From assembly GCA_040767805.1 (NCBI GenBank), contig JAXGNU010000004.1:116763-180762 (forward strand): a DNA stretch of 64,000 bases, read 5' to 3'. Of the stretch, positions 8,934-18,229 are shown one piece after another. The position numbers and the translations under genes are program-made. Source of the stretch: Thermovirgaceae bacterium (lineage in GTDB: Bacteria; Synergistota; Synergistia; Synergistales; Thermovirgaceae). Within the stretch, counting starts at the first letter, position 1, and each line of letters starts with the position of its first letter. The notes under the pieces are model-generated. The model made no database searches and was not told where the DNA came from. It saw nothing but the letters and a program-made list of their open reading frames with translations.

Positions 8934-8971
8934 ACCGGGGCCCCCTTTCAACGAGGGGGCCCCGGTTTTTT
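8934..8971 (+). terminator. Rho-independent terminator/attenuator
   Basis: 13-bp perfect stem accggggccccct/agggggccccggt followed by a T-run. Confidence 0.88.
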
Positions 8972-9020
8972 ATTGGGTTCGCGGCAGTCCTGGAGGATCG
9001 ACCGGAAGGGGAGAGGAGAA

Positions 9021-9176
9021 ATGCAAAACGCGAGAGGTGTTTTTATGAACCAGGTCCCGGCGACGACGTGTGACAAGGTGCCGACGGTGGAACCGGGGAA
9101 CCGACACAGCCAGGATCAGTATTCCCAGGATCTTTTTGATCCTAAGTGGAGGGGTCCCTTCGAAGGGTATAGATAG
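9021..9176 (+). CDS. Small hypothetical protein (51 aa) or gene remnant downstream of the attenuator
   Basis: GGGGAGAGGAG RBS and ATG; MQNARGVFMNQVPATTCDK...FEGYR*. Confidence 0.4.
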   Translation: MQNARGVFMNQVPATTCDKVPTVEPGNRHSQDQYSQDLFDPKWRGPFEGYR

Positions 9177-9319
9177 GTATGCGAATCCCATAAGTCCGTG
9201 AGGAGGGTGGCGATCGTAGCCCCAGAGCTTGAAACCCCCGCCCGCCCTCGACCGCCTGGGCCTCCCCATTTCGCGCCGAGCACCCATCCTGCTATCATTG
9301 GGTGGGAGGTAGAACCCGC

Positions 9320-12235
9320 ATGGCGATCACGGTCACCGGGTATCACCGGGCCAGGGATATCGAGGGGGAATTGGCCCGGCTGGGAAGCGGGCGCGACCCG
9401 TCCCCGGTCTTCCTTGTCCCTTCCACGGGGGACAGGGAACTCCTCCGCGACATCATCCTAGAAAAAGTCTCCTTCGGGCCTTCGGAGCCGCCCATCCTCC
9501 GCTGGGAGGACCTTTACAGGGAGGCGGCGCGAGAGATGGACGTGCCCCGGGGGGCGAGGCGAAGGCAGATAGACCCGCCCGACCACTGGCTTATCGTCCG
9601 GCATGTCCTGGAACGCCTCAAGGCAAGGGTCGAGGAGGCGGCCATCCCCGCCGGGGCGAGGCACGGCGGCTTCATCTGGACCCTCGGCGAGGACCTCAGG
9701 GAACTGCTCAGGGAAGAGGTCCGGCCCGGTATCCTGGCCCAGTCCATGGGGTGCGACCAGCGGTGCCAGGGGTCGGACTGCCCGAAGCTCCCCGACCCGG
9801 GAGCGCTTCTTTGCCGGCTTTACCGGGACTACCTGGAATACCTGGACGCCCACTCCCTGGCCGACAGCGCCCAGACCGCCACCGTGATAGCCCGGACCCT
9901 GGAAGAAGACCCACCCAGGGCCGCGGCGTGGGTCGGCGGAAGGGACTTCGTCTTCGTGGGCTTCATGAGTTTCACCCGCTCCCAGTTGAGCCTCATCGGC
10001 GTGCTCTCGAGGCTGGGCGCGAGGGTCAGGGTCTTCATGCCCGAGAGCGGCTTGCAGTACCACGATGCCAGGGCCCAACTCCTCGGCGACGACCCCGCCG
10101 CCCTCCCGATAAAGGCCTTCGACCCCATCCCCTTTCTGACCGTCGTCGCCGGGGATCCCCGGCTGGAACTGGAGACCCTAGCCAGGAACCTCGCCCTTTG
10201 GAGGGCCGGCAAGGGGGAACTCCAGGCGAGACTCGGCATCCCCTTTCCCGGGTGGGGCGAGATAGGGCTTTCACTGGACGCTCCCAGGCTGGGGCTCGCC
10301 GTGGAGGTCCTCTCCCGCTACCGGATCCCCCATACCCTCCGGGGAGGGCCCAGCGTGTCGGAGACGGCCCTTTGGAAGACCGCCTCTTCCGTCATCGAGG
10401 CCGCCGCCCTGGGCTTCCCCCCGGAGGAGACGTCCCACATCCTGGCTCAGCCCTGGGTCACCCCCGACGGTTTCGACCTCAGGGACACCCTCAGCCTGGG
10501 ACCCCGTGGAGAGAAGGGGTGGAGGGATCACCTCCGGAACCGGGGGGACCGGGAAGCCCTATCGTTTTTCGACAGGATGGAGGCCTTCGTTTCGGTCGTG
10601 GAAAAGGGCGCCCGCCCTTCAGCCCTCCTCCGTTCACTGGGAGACCTCGCCGGCGATGCTGCCGGGGTCGGCCTCTCCCGCTTCATCATCGACCACCCCT
10701 CCCTCGATGAGTCCGCGAGGCACCTGAACGCGGCCCTCGAGGAACTGGAGCATAAACTGGAGCAGACGGCCGAGATGGAAAACGCCATAGGGCCGGCGGG
10801 GACCGTCATCCTGCGGGGGAGCGACGCCGCGGCGTTCCTTTCGGCATGGAGCGAACATTCCACGGTCCGGCAGCCTCCAGGGACGAGAGACAGCCTCACC
10901 CTTTACGCCGGGGGCGTACCGGTGCTGGCCCACCACAAGGTCTTCATCCTGACCGGACTCACGGCGGACGCCTGGCCGGGCAGGCTCTGGGAGTCGCCCC
11001 TGCTGGACGACGGCCGCAAGGAGGCTATCCACGGGAACCCCGAAACGGGGCTTTCGCCCTCCCACCTCCCCCTGCTGAAGGAAAAGAGGAGCCAGCGGGA
11101 AGCTATGCTGCTGAGGATGATCGCCTCGGCCGACGAGGTCTGCGTAGGGTCCCGGCCGAACCAGGACGACCCGGGAAGGCCCCTCCAGCCCTCGGTCTTC
11201 ATCACGTCAGCCCTGGCGGGGCCGCGGCCTTGGGCGACCGAGGTCGGCGGAGACCCTCCCCTTTGGAGGTCGATGAAGGATGTCATCCCCGGCGAGGGTG
11301 AGCCCGCCATAGCCGGCATCGAAGCCCGGGCATCGGACCCACCCTTCAGGCCCTCCAGGCTCCTGGAGATCCCCCCGCCGACGCCCTGGCCCGAGGGGGC
11401 GGCGAAGAGGGTCCCGGTGAGCGGCATTGACACCTGGAGGGATTGCCCCTTCAAGTACTACGCCGAAAAGGTCCTGCGGATCGAAAGGCCCCACCCCTGG
11501 GGCTTCGACGCCGCCAGGGCGGGGAACGTCGCCCACGCCCTCTGGGAAAAGTCCTGGGCTGAGAGGATGGCCACCGGGGAAAACCTGCCGGCACTGGCGC
11601 TGAAGCACTGGGAGGCCGCCCTCTCGGAACAGTACCCGGAACTGGCGCAATTCCCCGTGCGCCTCGAGCTGTTCAGGGAGCATACCTTCAGGATGGCCGC
11701 CCTCCAGCAGGAACTGGACGACGCTGGGCTCGCCGCGGCAAGGGTCTCCCAGCAGAGGGAACAACTGCTGGAAATGGAGATCGGCGGGGTGCTCTTCCGT
11801 GGGAAGTTCGACCGCGTGGACCTTCTCGACGACGGTTCGGCCCTGGTCTTCGACTACAAGACGGGAAGGTCCGACAACCTGGCCGCTTCGCTCCAGTTGC
11901 CGGCCTACGCGGTGATACTCCAGAGGACGAGGGAGGTCCCCGTCTCGGGCTACGCCTACCTGTCCCAGAGGGACCGCTCCTTCACGGGACGCCTCGAGGG
12001 CCGGTCCCGAAAGGTTCTTCCCGGGTGGGGGGGCCGATCAGGGGGCAAACTGGAGGTCGTGATCGAGAAGGCCCGGGAGAGGCTCCAGGCCATGGCGGAG
12101 TCCGTCGCGGCGAGCGACTTTCCCCCGAACTACGATAACGACAAGGTCTGCCGGTACTGCGACTTCCAGGACCTCTGCCGGAGGAAAGAGTCCCCACGGG
12201 TGGACCGAGGTGAGGAAGATGGCAACGGTAGCTGA
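9320..12235 (+). CDS. addB: AddB-like subunit: inactive helicase region plus PD-(D/E)XK nuclease with 4 Cys
   Basis: C-terminal CPFKYY...RGKFDRVD...FDYKTG...QLPAY...CRYCDFQDLC; overlaps the downstream UvrD-type helicase gene. Confidence 0.85.
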   Translation: MAITVTGYHRARDIEGELARLGSGRDPSPVFLVPSTGDRELLRDIILEKVSFGPSEPPILRWEDLYREAAREMDVPRGARRRQIDPPDHWLIVRHVLERLKARVEEAAIPAGARHGGFIWTLGEDLRELLREEVRPGILAQSMGCDQRCQGSDCPKLPDPGALLCRLYRDYLEYLDAHSLADSAQTATVIARTLEEDPPRAAAWVGGRDFVFVGFMSFTRSQLSLIGVLSRLGARVRVFMPESGLQYHDARAQLLGDDPAALPIKAFDPIPFLTVVAGDPRLELETLARNLALWRAGKGELQARLGIPFPGWGEIGLSLDAPRLGLAVEVLSRYRIPHTLRGGPSVSETALWKTASSVIEAAALGFPPEETSHILAQPWVTPDGFDLRDTLSLGPRGEKGWRDHLRNRGDREALSFFDRMEAFVSVVEKGARPSALLRSLGDLAGDAAGVGLSRFIIDHPSLDESARHLNAALEELEHKLEQTAEMENAIGPAGTVILRGSDAAAFLSAWSEHSTVRQPPGTRDSLTLYAGGVPVLAHHKVFILTGLTADAWPGRLWESPLLDDGRKEAIHGNPETGLSPSHLPLLKEKRSQREAMLLRMIASADEVCVGSRPNQDDPGRPLQPSVFITSALAGPRPWATEVGGDPPLWRSMKDVIPGEGEPAIAGIEARASDPPFRPSRLLEIPPPTPWPEGAAKRVPVSGIDTWRDCPFKYYAEKVLRIERPHPWGFDAARAGNVAHALWEKSWAERMATGENLPALALKHWEAALSEQYPELAQFPVRLELFREHTFRMAALQQELDDAGLAAARVSQQREQLLEMEIGGVLFRGKFDRVDLLDDGSALVFDYKTGRSDNLAASLQLPAYAVILQRTREVPVSGYAYLSQRDRSFTGRLEGRSRKVLPGWGGRSGGKLEVVIEKARERLQAMAESVAASDFPPNYDNDKVCRYCDFQDLCRRKESPRVDRGEEDGNGS

Positions 12236-15200
12236 GATCTTCAAAAGGTACCTCGAGGAAAAAGCCCGCCTCGAGCCGGAGCAGGTCAAGGCCGTCATGC
12301 GCGACGGACCACTGGTGGTCGTCAGCGCAGGGGCCGGGACGGGGAAGACGCTGACCCTCTCCTGGAGGTTCCTCCGCCTGGTCGTCGTCGACGGCGTACC
12401 CCTGGAGAGGATACTGACCATCACCTTCACCGAGAAGGCCGCCCTGGAGATGCGCGAGAGGATCCGCGGGCTCCTGGGGGAGGCCAGGGACGGGATCCCC
12501 GCTTTCTCCGAACGGGCCGGCGACGCCCTCTCCCGGCTGGATGAGGCCTACATCTCCACCATCCACGCCTTCTCGATGAGGATCCTGAAAGAATCCGGCC
12601 TCTCTGTCGACGTGGACCCCGGCATTCGGCTTATCACCCCCCCGGAGGAGAACTCCTTCTGGCAGCGCCTGGAGAGGTCCATGGACCGGGAGGAAATGGG
12701 CCCGCTCGCAGGGACGCTCAGCGGCAAGTGGCGGGAGAGGGCGAGGGAGGTCTTCTCGTCGAGGCGGACCTACGACCTGGTGGACGCCTTCGGCGCCGGC
12801 GGCATCGTCGGCGCGTCCTCCTCCGCCATACCCCTCTTCGAGAGCAAGAACCTCGATCCGGAGGCCCTGTGGGAGTGGGCCGAGGGCCTCCCCGAAAGGG
12901 ACGGGGAACTCGCCCGCCGGCTCCGGGAAGAGTATACCCCCCTGTGGCGCCGGGCCTGGGTGGACTGGATGGAAGATATCCTCCCCGGCGCCGGGGGGCT
13001 GGAAAGGTTCCTCGGCGACAATAAGCAATTCTCGGCCAGGGTGGCAGACTTCATGAGGACCTGGGACAAGGAGCCCGGCGACGAAGACCTGCCCCGCTTC
13101 GTGATAGACCTCCTGGATGAGGGTCTGCTGAAGGATCTCAGGGGAGGAAAAAGCAAGGAGGATGTCAATGAGCTCGCCTTGACCGTCACCGGCCAGGATT
13201 TGGGAGAATACCGGGAGGACCACCGCAAGGCCTGGTCCGCGGCAGCCCGGTGGGTCACCGGGGATGTATCCCCCCTGGAGACGGAGATGAGGGCCCTGCT
13301 GCTCAAGATCATCGCCCTCTCCTGGGAATTGTTCCGCGCCGCCAAGTCGGCCGGGGGGACCCTGTCTTTTGACGACATGATCAGCCGGGCCCTGCAGGTC
13401 GTGACGGCGGAGCCCTCCCTCCCGGGCAAATTTCTCCACGTCATCGTCGACGAGTTCCAGGACACCAACGCCCTGCAGGACGACCTCCTCTCGGCCCTCG
13501 TACCCCAAGGCAGGGGCAGCCTCTTCCTGGTGGGCGACCTCCAGCAGTCCATCTACCGGTTCCGCCATGCCGAGCCGGCCATCTTCCTTAAAAGAGCGAT
13601 GGAGGCCTTCCAGGGCGACCCCGGCTCCCTGGTGAACCTCGACGTGACCTTCCGCTCGAGGCAGGCCGTCATGGACGCCGTCAACAGCCTCTTCGGCCAC
13701 GTGTGGAGGGAGGGCGTCACCAAGGCCCTGGAGAGTAAGTTCTCCCGGCTGGCCCCCCCGAGTTCGCGGGACTGGTGGCCGAAACGCCAGGAGACCACCG
13801 TGAAACCCTTCGAGATCGTGATCCCCGCGGGCGAGGAGCCGCCCGCGAAGGCGAAGATCGGTGAAATACGACTCTCGGCGATGCGCCTCCTCGCCGACAG
13901 GATCGTCGGGGCCGTGGACTCGGGGGCCACCGTGTGGGATACCGACGGCGAGGGGTCCTTCGCGCCCAGGCCCGCCCGTTTCCGGGATTTCGCCGTGCTG
14001 GTGCCGTCGAGGACCTTCTACGACCAGATCGAGCAGGTCTTCATCGATGAAAGGGGCATACCCACCTACTTCGAGGGCAACCGGAACTACTTCGGCCGGG
14101 GCGAGGTCAGGGACGCCGTGAGGCTCCTCGAGGCCCTGGCCGACCCCGGCGACCCGCTGGCCATGGCCTCCTTCCTGGCCTCGCCGCTGAGCGGCCTGTC
14201 GCCGGGAGTATCGGCCCGGCTCATCGCGAGGTCGCGGGCGGACGGTTCCGACCTCCCGGCCCTCCTGGCCGAAGAGCACCCTCTTGAAGCTTCCCGTTTT
14301 GAAAGGCTCCGGCGGGAAGGGCTCGCGGCGGGCCCGTCCCGCCCTCTGGCCACCCTGCTCGAGGACGATTCGGCCCTGCTCTCCAGCGAGGGCTGGAAGC
14401 GGCCCCGGGTGGCGGCCAATCTCCGAAGGGCCATAGACCTTGCCCGGGAGTACGAAGAAGGCCTGGGCATGAGCCTCGCGGGCTGCGCGGGCTACCTCCG
14501 CGACATGACCCGCAGAGGGATCGAGACCCGGGAGGCTGACACCCTCGGCGAGGACGACGACATGGTGAGGGTCATGACGGTCCACGCCGCGAAGGGGCTG
14601 GAGTTCCCCGTGGTGGCCGTGACGGGGCTCGAACTGGCGCCGAGGACCCGGGAGCAGGGGGTGAGGCTCGTGGCCTCCCCACACCTGGGCATCGCCGCCA
14701 CGGCCTTGCCGGAGGGCTGGGGAGAGGGCGGAGAGGGAGAGCTCCTCGCCGGGGCCATCCACGACCTGTTCGAAAACCGGGAGACCTTGGAGGAAAAACA
14801 GAGGCTCCTCTACGTGGCCTGCACCAGGGCGAGGGACTCGCTCATCCTCTGCGGGGCCTCCCCCCGGACCGAGGAAGGGGAGCTCCGCCTGAATAAGCAT
14901 TCCTGGCTGGAGACCGTGATGGACTGGGCCGAAAGCGACGGCGCCGGCCCGCCCGAGCCGGAGCCCCCCGCCGAAAGGGCCGCCCGGCGGAGAAAGGCCG
15001 CCCCGGCCCCAAAGGGTGAAAATATCTCCCTCCCCCCGGAGAAAGGCGGGGCCCTGGAGAAGATCAGCGCCACGGCCTACGCCCTTCTCAGGTTTTGCCC
15101 CTACGCCTTCAGGATGAGGCACAGGCAGGGCCTGGACATCTCCTGGGAGATGCCCTCCGATGACGTGGGCGGGGCCGACCTGGGGAGCCTGGCCCACTGG

Positions 15201-15812
15201 CTGCTGCGCCGGTGGGACCTCCGGCCGGAAACGCTCTCCCTCTACGACCCCCTCCGGGACGGGGGCGGCCTGGGGGAACTCCTCCCCGCCGACCTGAGGC
15301 CGGTCTGGGCCGACCCCGCGAAGAGAGTCCCCCTCATGGGCTGGCTCGAGCGTTTCGCCTCCTCCCCCCTGGCGGAGAGGATCAGGAACGGGGAGGACAC
15401 CCGGAAGGAAGTCCCCTTCAGGGTGCGCCTCGACAACGGCGCCCTCATGGTGGGGGTCATCGACGTCATCTGGAGGGAGGGCGAAAAGACCTTTATCAGG
15501 GATTACAAGATCGGCCGGGTCGAAAACGCGCCGGGGGAACTCTACCGGTCCCAGCTGCTCTTTTACGCCCTCGCCGCCAGGAAGCACTTCGGCGGGTCTC
15601 CGCTGGACCTGGCCCTCCTGTCGCTGAAGGAGAACCGGGAAATCCCCGTGGGGAAGGATCCCTTCTCCTGGGAGGACCTGGAAGAGGACATCGCCTCGGC
15701 GGCCCGCCAGGGAGCGTCGGGGCCCTTCGAACCTTCCCTGAAGAGATGCCCCCTGTGCCCCTGGAAGGGTGAATGCCTCCTGGGGCGGGAGTGGACAAAA
15801 GGGGCCATGTGA
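12219..15812 (+). CDS. addA: AddA-like UvrD/SF1A helicase-nuclease
   Basis: AGAGTGKT, ITFTEKAA, VDEFQDTN, VGDLQQSIYRFR, TVHAAKGLEF, LYVACTRA; C-terminal GVID...DYK nuclease. Confidence 0.9.
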   Translation: MATVAEIFKRYLEEKARLEPEQVKAVMRDGPLVVVSAGAGTGKTLTLSWRFLRLVVVDGVPLERILTITFTEKAALEMRERIRGLLGEARDGIPAFSERAGDALSRLDEAYISTIHAFSMRILKESGLSVDVDPGIRLITPPEENSFWQRLERSMDREEMGPLAGTLSGKWRERAREVFSSRRTYDLVDAFGAGGIVGASSSAIPLFESKNLDPEALWEWAEGLPERDGELARRLREEYTPLWRRAWVDWMEDILPGAGGLERFLGDNKQFSARVADFMRTWDKEPGDEDLPRFVIDLLDEGLLKDLRGGKSKEDVNELALTVTGQDLGEYREDHRKAWSAAARWVTGDVSPLETEMRALLLKIIALSWELFRAAKSAGGTLSFDDMISRALQVVTAEPSLPGKFLHVIVDEFQDTNALQDDLLSALVPQGRGSLFLVGDLQQSIYRFRHAEPAIFLKRAMEAFQGDPGSLVNLDVTFRSRQAVMDAVNSLFGHVWREGVTKALESKFSRLAPPSSRDWWPKRQETTVKPFEIVIPAGEEPPAKAKIGEIRLSAMRLLADRIVGAVDSGATVWDTDGEGSFAPRPARFRDFAVLVPSRTFYDQIEQVFIDERGIPTYFEGNRNYFGRGEVRDAVRLLEALADPGDPLAMASFLASPLSGLSPGVSARLIARSRADGSDLPALLAEEHPLEASRFERLRREGLAAGPSRPLATLLEDDSALLSSEGWKRPRVAANLRRAIDLAREYEEGLGMSLAGCAGYLRDMTRRGIETREADTLGEDDDMVRVMTVHAAKGLEFPVVAVTGLELAPRTREQGVRLVASPHLGIAATALPEGWGEGGEGELLAGAIHDLFENRETLEEKQRLLYVACTRARDSLILCGASPRTEEGELRLNKHSWLETVMDWAESDGAGPPEPEPPAERAARRRKAAPAPKGENISLPPEKGGALEKISATAYALLRFCPYAFRMRHRQGLDISWEMPSDDVGGADLGSLAHWLLRRWDLRPETLSLYDPLRDGGGLGELLPADLRPVWADPAKRVPLMGWLERFASSPLAERIRNGEDTRKEVPFRVRLDNGALMVGVIDVIWREGEKTFIRDYKIGRVENAPGELYRSQLLFYALAARKHFGGSPLDLALLSLKENREIPVGKDPFSWEDLEEDIASAARQGASGPFEPSLKRCPLCPWKGECLLGREWTKGAM

Positions 15813-15864
15813 TATCATTGCCCCGTACCCATACCGGACGGCGACAGGGAGGGATGACCACTCC

Positions 15865-16683
15865 ATGGTGTACGGCCGAGCCGCCCTGGCATTAGCCATA
15901 ATGCTGCTGCCGGGGACCTGCGTCCCGTCGGCGGCCGGGGAACTGCCCTGGGCGGAGCACCCGGTCCGGCAAGGCGAGACCCTGGACTCGATAGCGGAAC
16001 AGTACCCTGTCGATAGTTGCTGCATCCGGCGGGCCAACGAACTCAACGGAGAGATCCCCCCGGTGGGGATGACCCTGCTGGTCCCCCAAAGCGACGGGCA
16101 GTTGCTCGAGACCCTGGCCGAGGTCCGTGCCAGGCGCAGGGGGGAGACCACCGCCGACCGTTACTTCGACGAGGATGACCGGCCCGGCCAGGCCCCGGTG
16201 ACGGCATCGCCGCGGGCGGACAGATCACGGCGGGAATACCCGGGGATCGAAGACCTCATCGCCCTCGCGAGGGGATCGGCCGCCGAGGCGGCCGTCATCA
16301 CCCGCCCCCAGCTCTCGTGGCCCGTCGAAGGGGTCGTCTTTTCGCCCTTCGGCCCCAGGCGGGGGAGGTTCCACTGCGGCATAGACATATCCGCCCCAAG
16401 AGGCACGCCCATCCGGGCGGCGGCCCCGGGGACCGTCGCCAGGGCGGCCACGAGGAGGGGCTTCGGGAAGTCCATCCTCATCGACCACGGCGGCGGGATG
16501 ATGACCCGCTATTCCCACTGCGACACCATGCTCTGCAAGGCCGGAGACAAGGTCTCCGCCGGCCAGGTCATCGGGAAGGTGGGCAGGACGGGCAGGACCA
16601 CGGGGCCCCACCTACACTTCGAGGTGGTCATCGACGGAAAGCACCGGGACCCTCAAAAGCACTTGCCCCCGCGGGGCGACTAG
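15865..16683 (+). CDS. LysM + M23 peptidase (peptidoglycan endopeptidase)
   Basis: HPVRQGETLDSIA LysM motif; HCGIDI, YSHC and TGPHLHFEV M23 motifs; signal peptide. Confidence 0.88.
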   Translation: MVYGRAALALAIMLLPGTCVPSAAGELPWAEHPVRQGETLDSIAEQYPVDSCCIRRANELNGEIPPVGMTLLVPQSDGQLLETLAEVRARRRGETTADRYFDEDDRPGQAPVTASPRADRSRREYPGIEDLIALARGSAAEAAVITRPQLSWPVEGVVFSPFGPRRGRFHCGIDISAPRGTPIRAAAPGTVARAATRRGFGKSILIDHGGGMMTRYSHCDTMLCKAGDKVSAGQVIGKVGRTGRTTGPHLHFEVVIDGKHRDPQKHLPPRGD

Positions 16684-16696
16684 GGAGGGATGGATC

Positions 16697-17167
16697 ATGG
16701 TGGAAGAAGGAACAAAGGCCCCGTCCTTCTGCCTGAAGGACAGCACGGGCAAGGAGAGGTGCCTCGATGAGTTCACCGGCAAGTGGGTGGTCCTCTACTT
16801 TTACCCCAAGGACAACACCAGCGGGTGCACCCTCGAAGCCATCGAGTTCTCCGCCCTGGAGGAAGATTTCAAGGGCCTCGGGGCCGTCGTGATCGGCATC
16901 AGCCCCGACACCTGCGAAAGCCACGCCCGCTTCATCGGCAAGCACAACCTGACGGTCCTCCTCCTCAGCGACCCCGAAAAGAAGGTGCTGGAACCCTACG
17001 GCGCCTGGCGGCTGAAGAAGATGTACGGCAGGGAGTCCATGGGGGTGGCCAGGAGCACCGTCCTGGTATCGCCCAAGGGCGAGGTGGCCAGGACCTGGAA
17101 GAGCGTCAGGGCCGCGGGCCACGCCGCGAAGGTGCTCGAGGCCCTCAAGGGGATCGCCGGCGCCTGA
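16697..17167 (+). CDS. bcp: Peroxiredoxin Q / BCP
   Basis: YFYPKDNTSGCTLEA motif. Confidence 0.9.
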   Translation: MVEEGTKAPSFCLKDSTGKERCLDEFTGKWVVLYFYPKDNTSGCTLEAIEFSALEEDFKGLGAVVIGISPDTCESHARFIGKHNLTVLLLSDPEKKVLEPYGAWRLKKMYGRESMGVARSTVLVSPKGEVARTWKSVRAAGHAAKVLEALKGIAGA

Positions 17168-17174
17168 ACCCTAT

Positions 17175-17200
17175 GCCCCCTCTTATGGGGGGCTTTTTTT
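17175..17200 (+). terminator. Rho-independent terminator
   Basis: gccccct-cttat-ggggggc stem-loop followed by T7. Confidence 0.8.
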
Positions 17201-17307
17201 GACCGCGAAGGTCAGGTTTGATCTATAATTTCCTACTCTTTATCCTTACTGAAGTTGGCCTCTTTCGGCCGCCGGTGGTATCATCGGGTTCTAGGGAGGC
17301 GATCGCC

Positions 17308-17952
17308 CTGGACGAATGGACCAGTCCAGACCCGACGAGGATGGCCCTGCTCACCGTCGATATCCAGCGGGAGTTCCAGCCCGGATTCCCCTCGGGGAGG
17401 CCGGAGAACGCGTCGGCCGTCCCCGCCGCCGCCGCGGTCGCCCGGGCTTTCAGGGGGGCGGGGAGGCCCATCATCCATATAGTCCGGCTCTACCTGCCCG
17501 ACGGGAGCAACGCCGACCTGTGCAGGAAGTCCAGGATCCTCTCGGGGGAGCCGCTCCTCCTTCCGGGGTCGGAGTCGAGCCAGCTCGCCCTTGAACTGCT
17601 GCCCCACCCCGCGATCGTCCTCGACCACGAACTGCTGCTGGCCGGCCGGGCGCAGGAGATCGGCGAAGCCGAGTGGGTCATCTACAAGCCCCGCTTCGGG
17701 GCTTTTTACAGGACCCCCCTGGAGGAGCACCTCCGGAGACTGGGGGTCAACACCCTCGTGATCACGGGCTCCAACTACCCCAACTGCCCCCGGGCCACGA
17801 TCTACGAGGCCAGCGAGAGGGATTTCCGGATCGTCGCCGTGACTGACGCCCTTTCCCTGCTCGACGATCGGGGCATAGCAGAACTCGAGGCCATCGGGGT
17901 GCTCTGCATCCCCTCGGGAGAGGTCCCCGACCGGCTCCTTCTTCGCGGGTAA
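17308..17952 (+). CDS. Isochorismatase-family cysteine hydrolase (start uncertain)
   Basis: ALLTVDIQ, YKPRFGAFY and ITGSNYPNCPRAT give the D-K-C triad. Confidence 0.85.
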   Translation: MDEWTSPDPTRMALLTVDIQREFQPGFPSGRPENASAVPAAAAVARAFRGAGRPIIHIVRLYLPDGSNADLCRKSRILSGEPLLLPGSESSQLALELLPHPAIVLDHELLLAGRAQEIGEAEWVIYKPRFGAFYRTPLEEHLRRLGVNTLVITGSNYPNCPRATIYEASERDFRIVAVTDALSLLDDRGIAELEAIGVLCIPSGEVPDRLLLRG

Positions 17953-18013
17953 CGGCCCCTTTTTGGTATATAATAATAGGGTTATCACAATCTCCTTCCA
18001 GGAGGGACCCCCT

Positions 18014-18229
18014 TTGGTGTTTCTTCTCCTAGAGGAAAACATGATGGTGCACTTGGGCAGGGTTCTTGCACTTGTCAGGTTCGAGGGTGAGACCGCCGTG
18101 CTCCTAAGGGACGGCTCTGTGATGGCTACGGGTTTCACGCCGCCGACCCTCGCCAGGAGATCGTCCCGTTTCATGGAGGAAGGGACAGGATCGGCCCGCC
18201 CCTTACGCCAGGGAGGAATAAATCCATGA
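18014..18229 (+). CDS. Small RemB/YaaB (DUF370)-like protein
   Basis: GGAGG RBS; FLLLEENMMVHLGRVLAL...GFTPPTLARR resembles YaaB; ATGA overlap with gyrB. Confidence 0.55.
   Translation: MVFLLLEENMMVHLGRVLALVRFEGETAVLLRDGSVMATGFTPPTLARRSSRFMEEGTGSARPLRQGGINP

Noticed and set aside
8760..8971. T-box riboswitch interpretation of the leader
   Set aside because: No AGGGTGGNACCGCG T-box consensus before the terminator; a translated leader fits better.
11400..12235. Cas4-like nuclease
   Set aside because: The four-Cys RecB-type domain is the C-terminus of AddB, paired with AddA; there is no CRISPR context.
11982..16151. 1389-aa minus-strand ORF
   Set aside because: Antisense shadow of addA with no motifs; typical of high-GC3 DNA. 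The same applies to 43003..45117, 49350..51359, 41427..42986 and 53520..55058.
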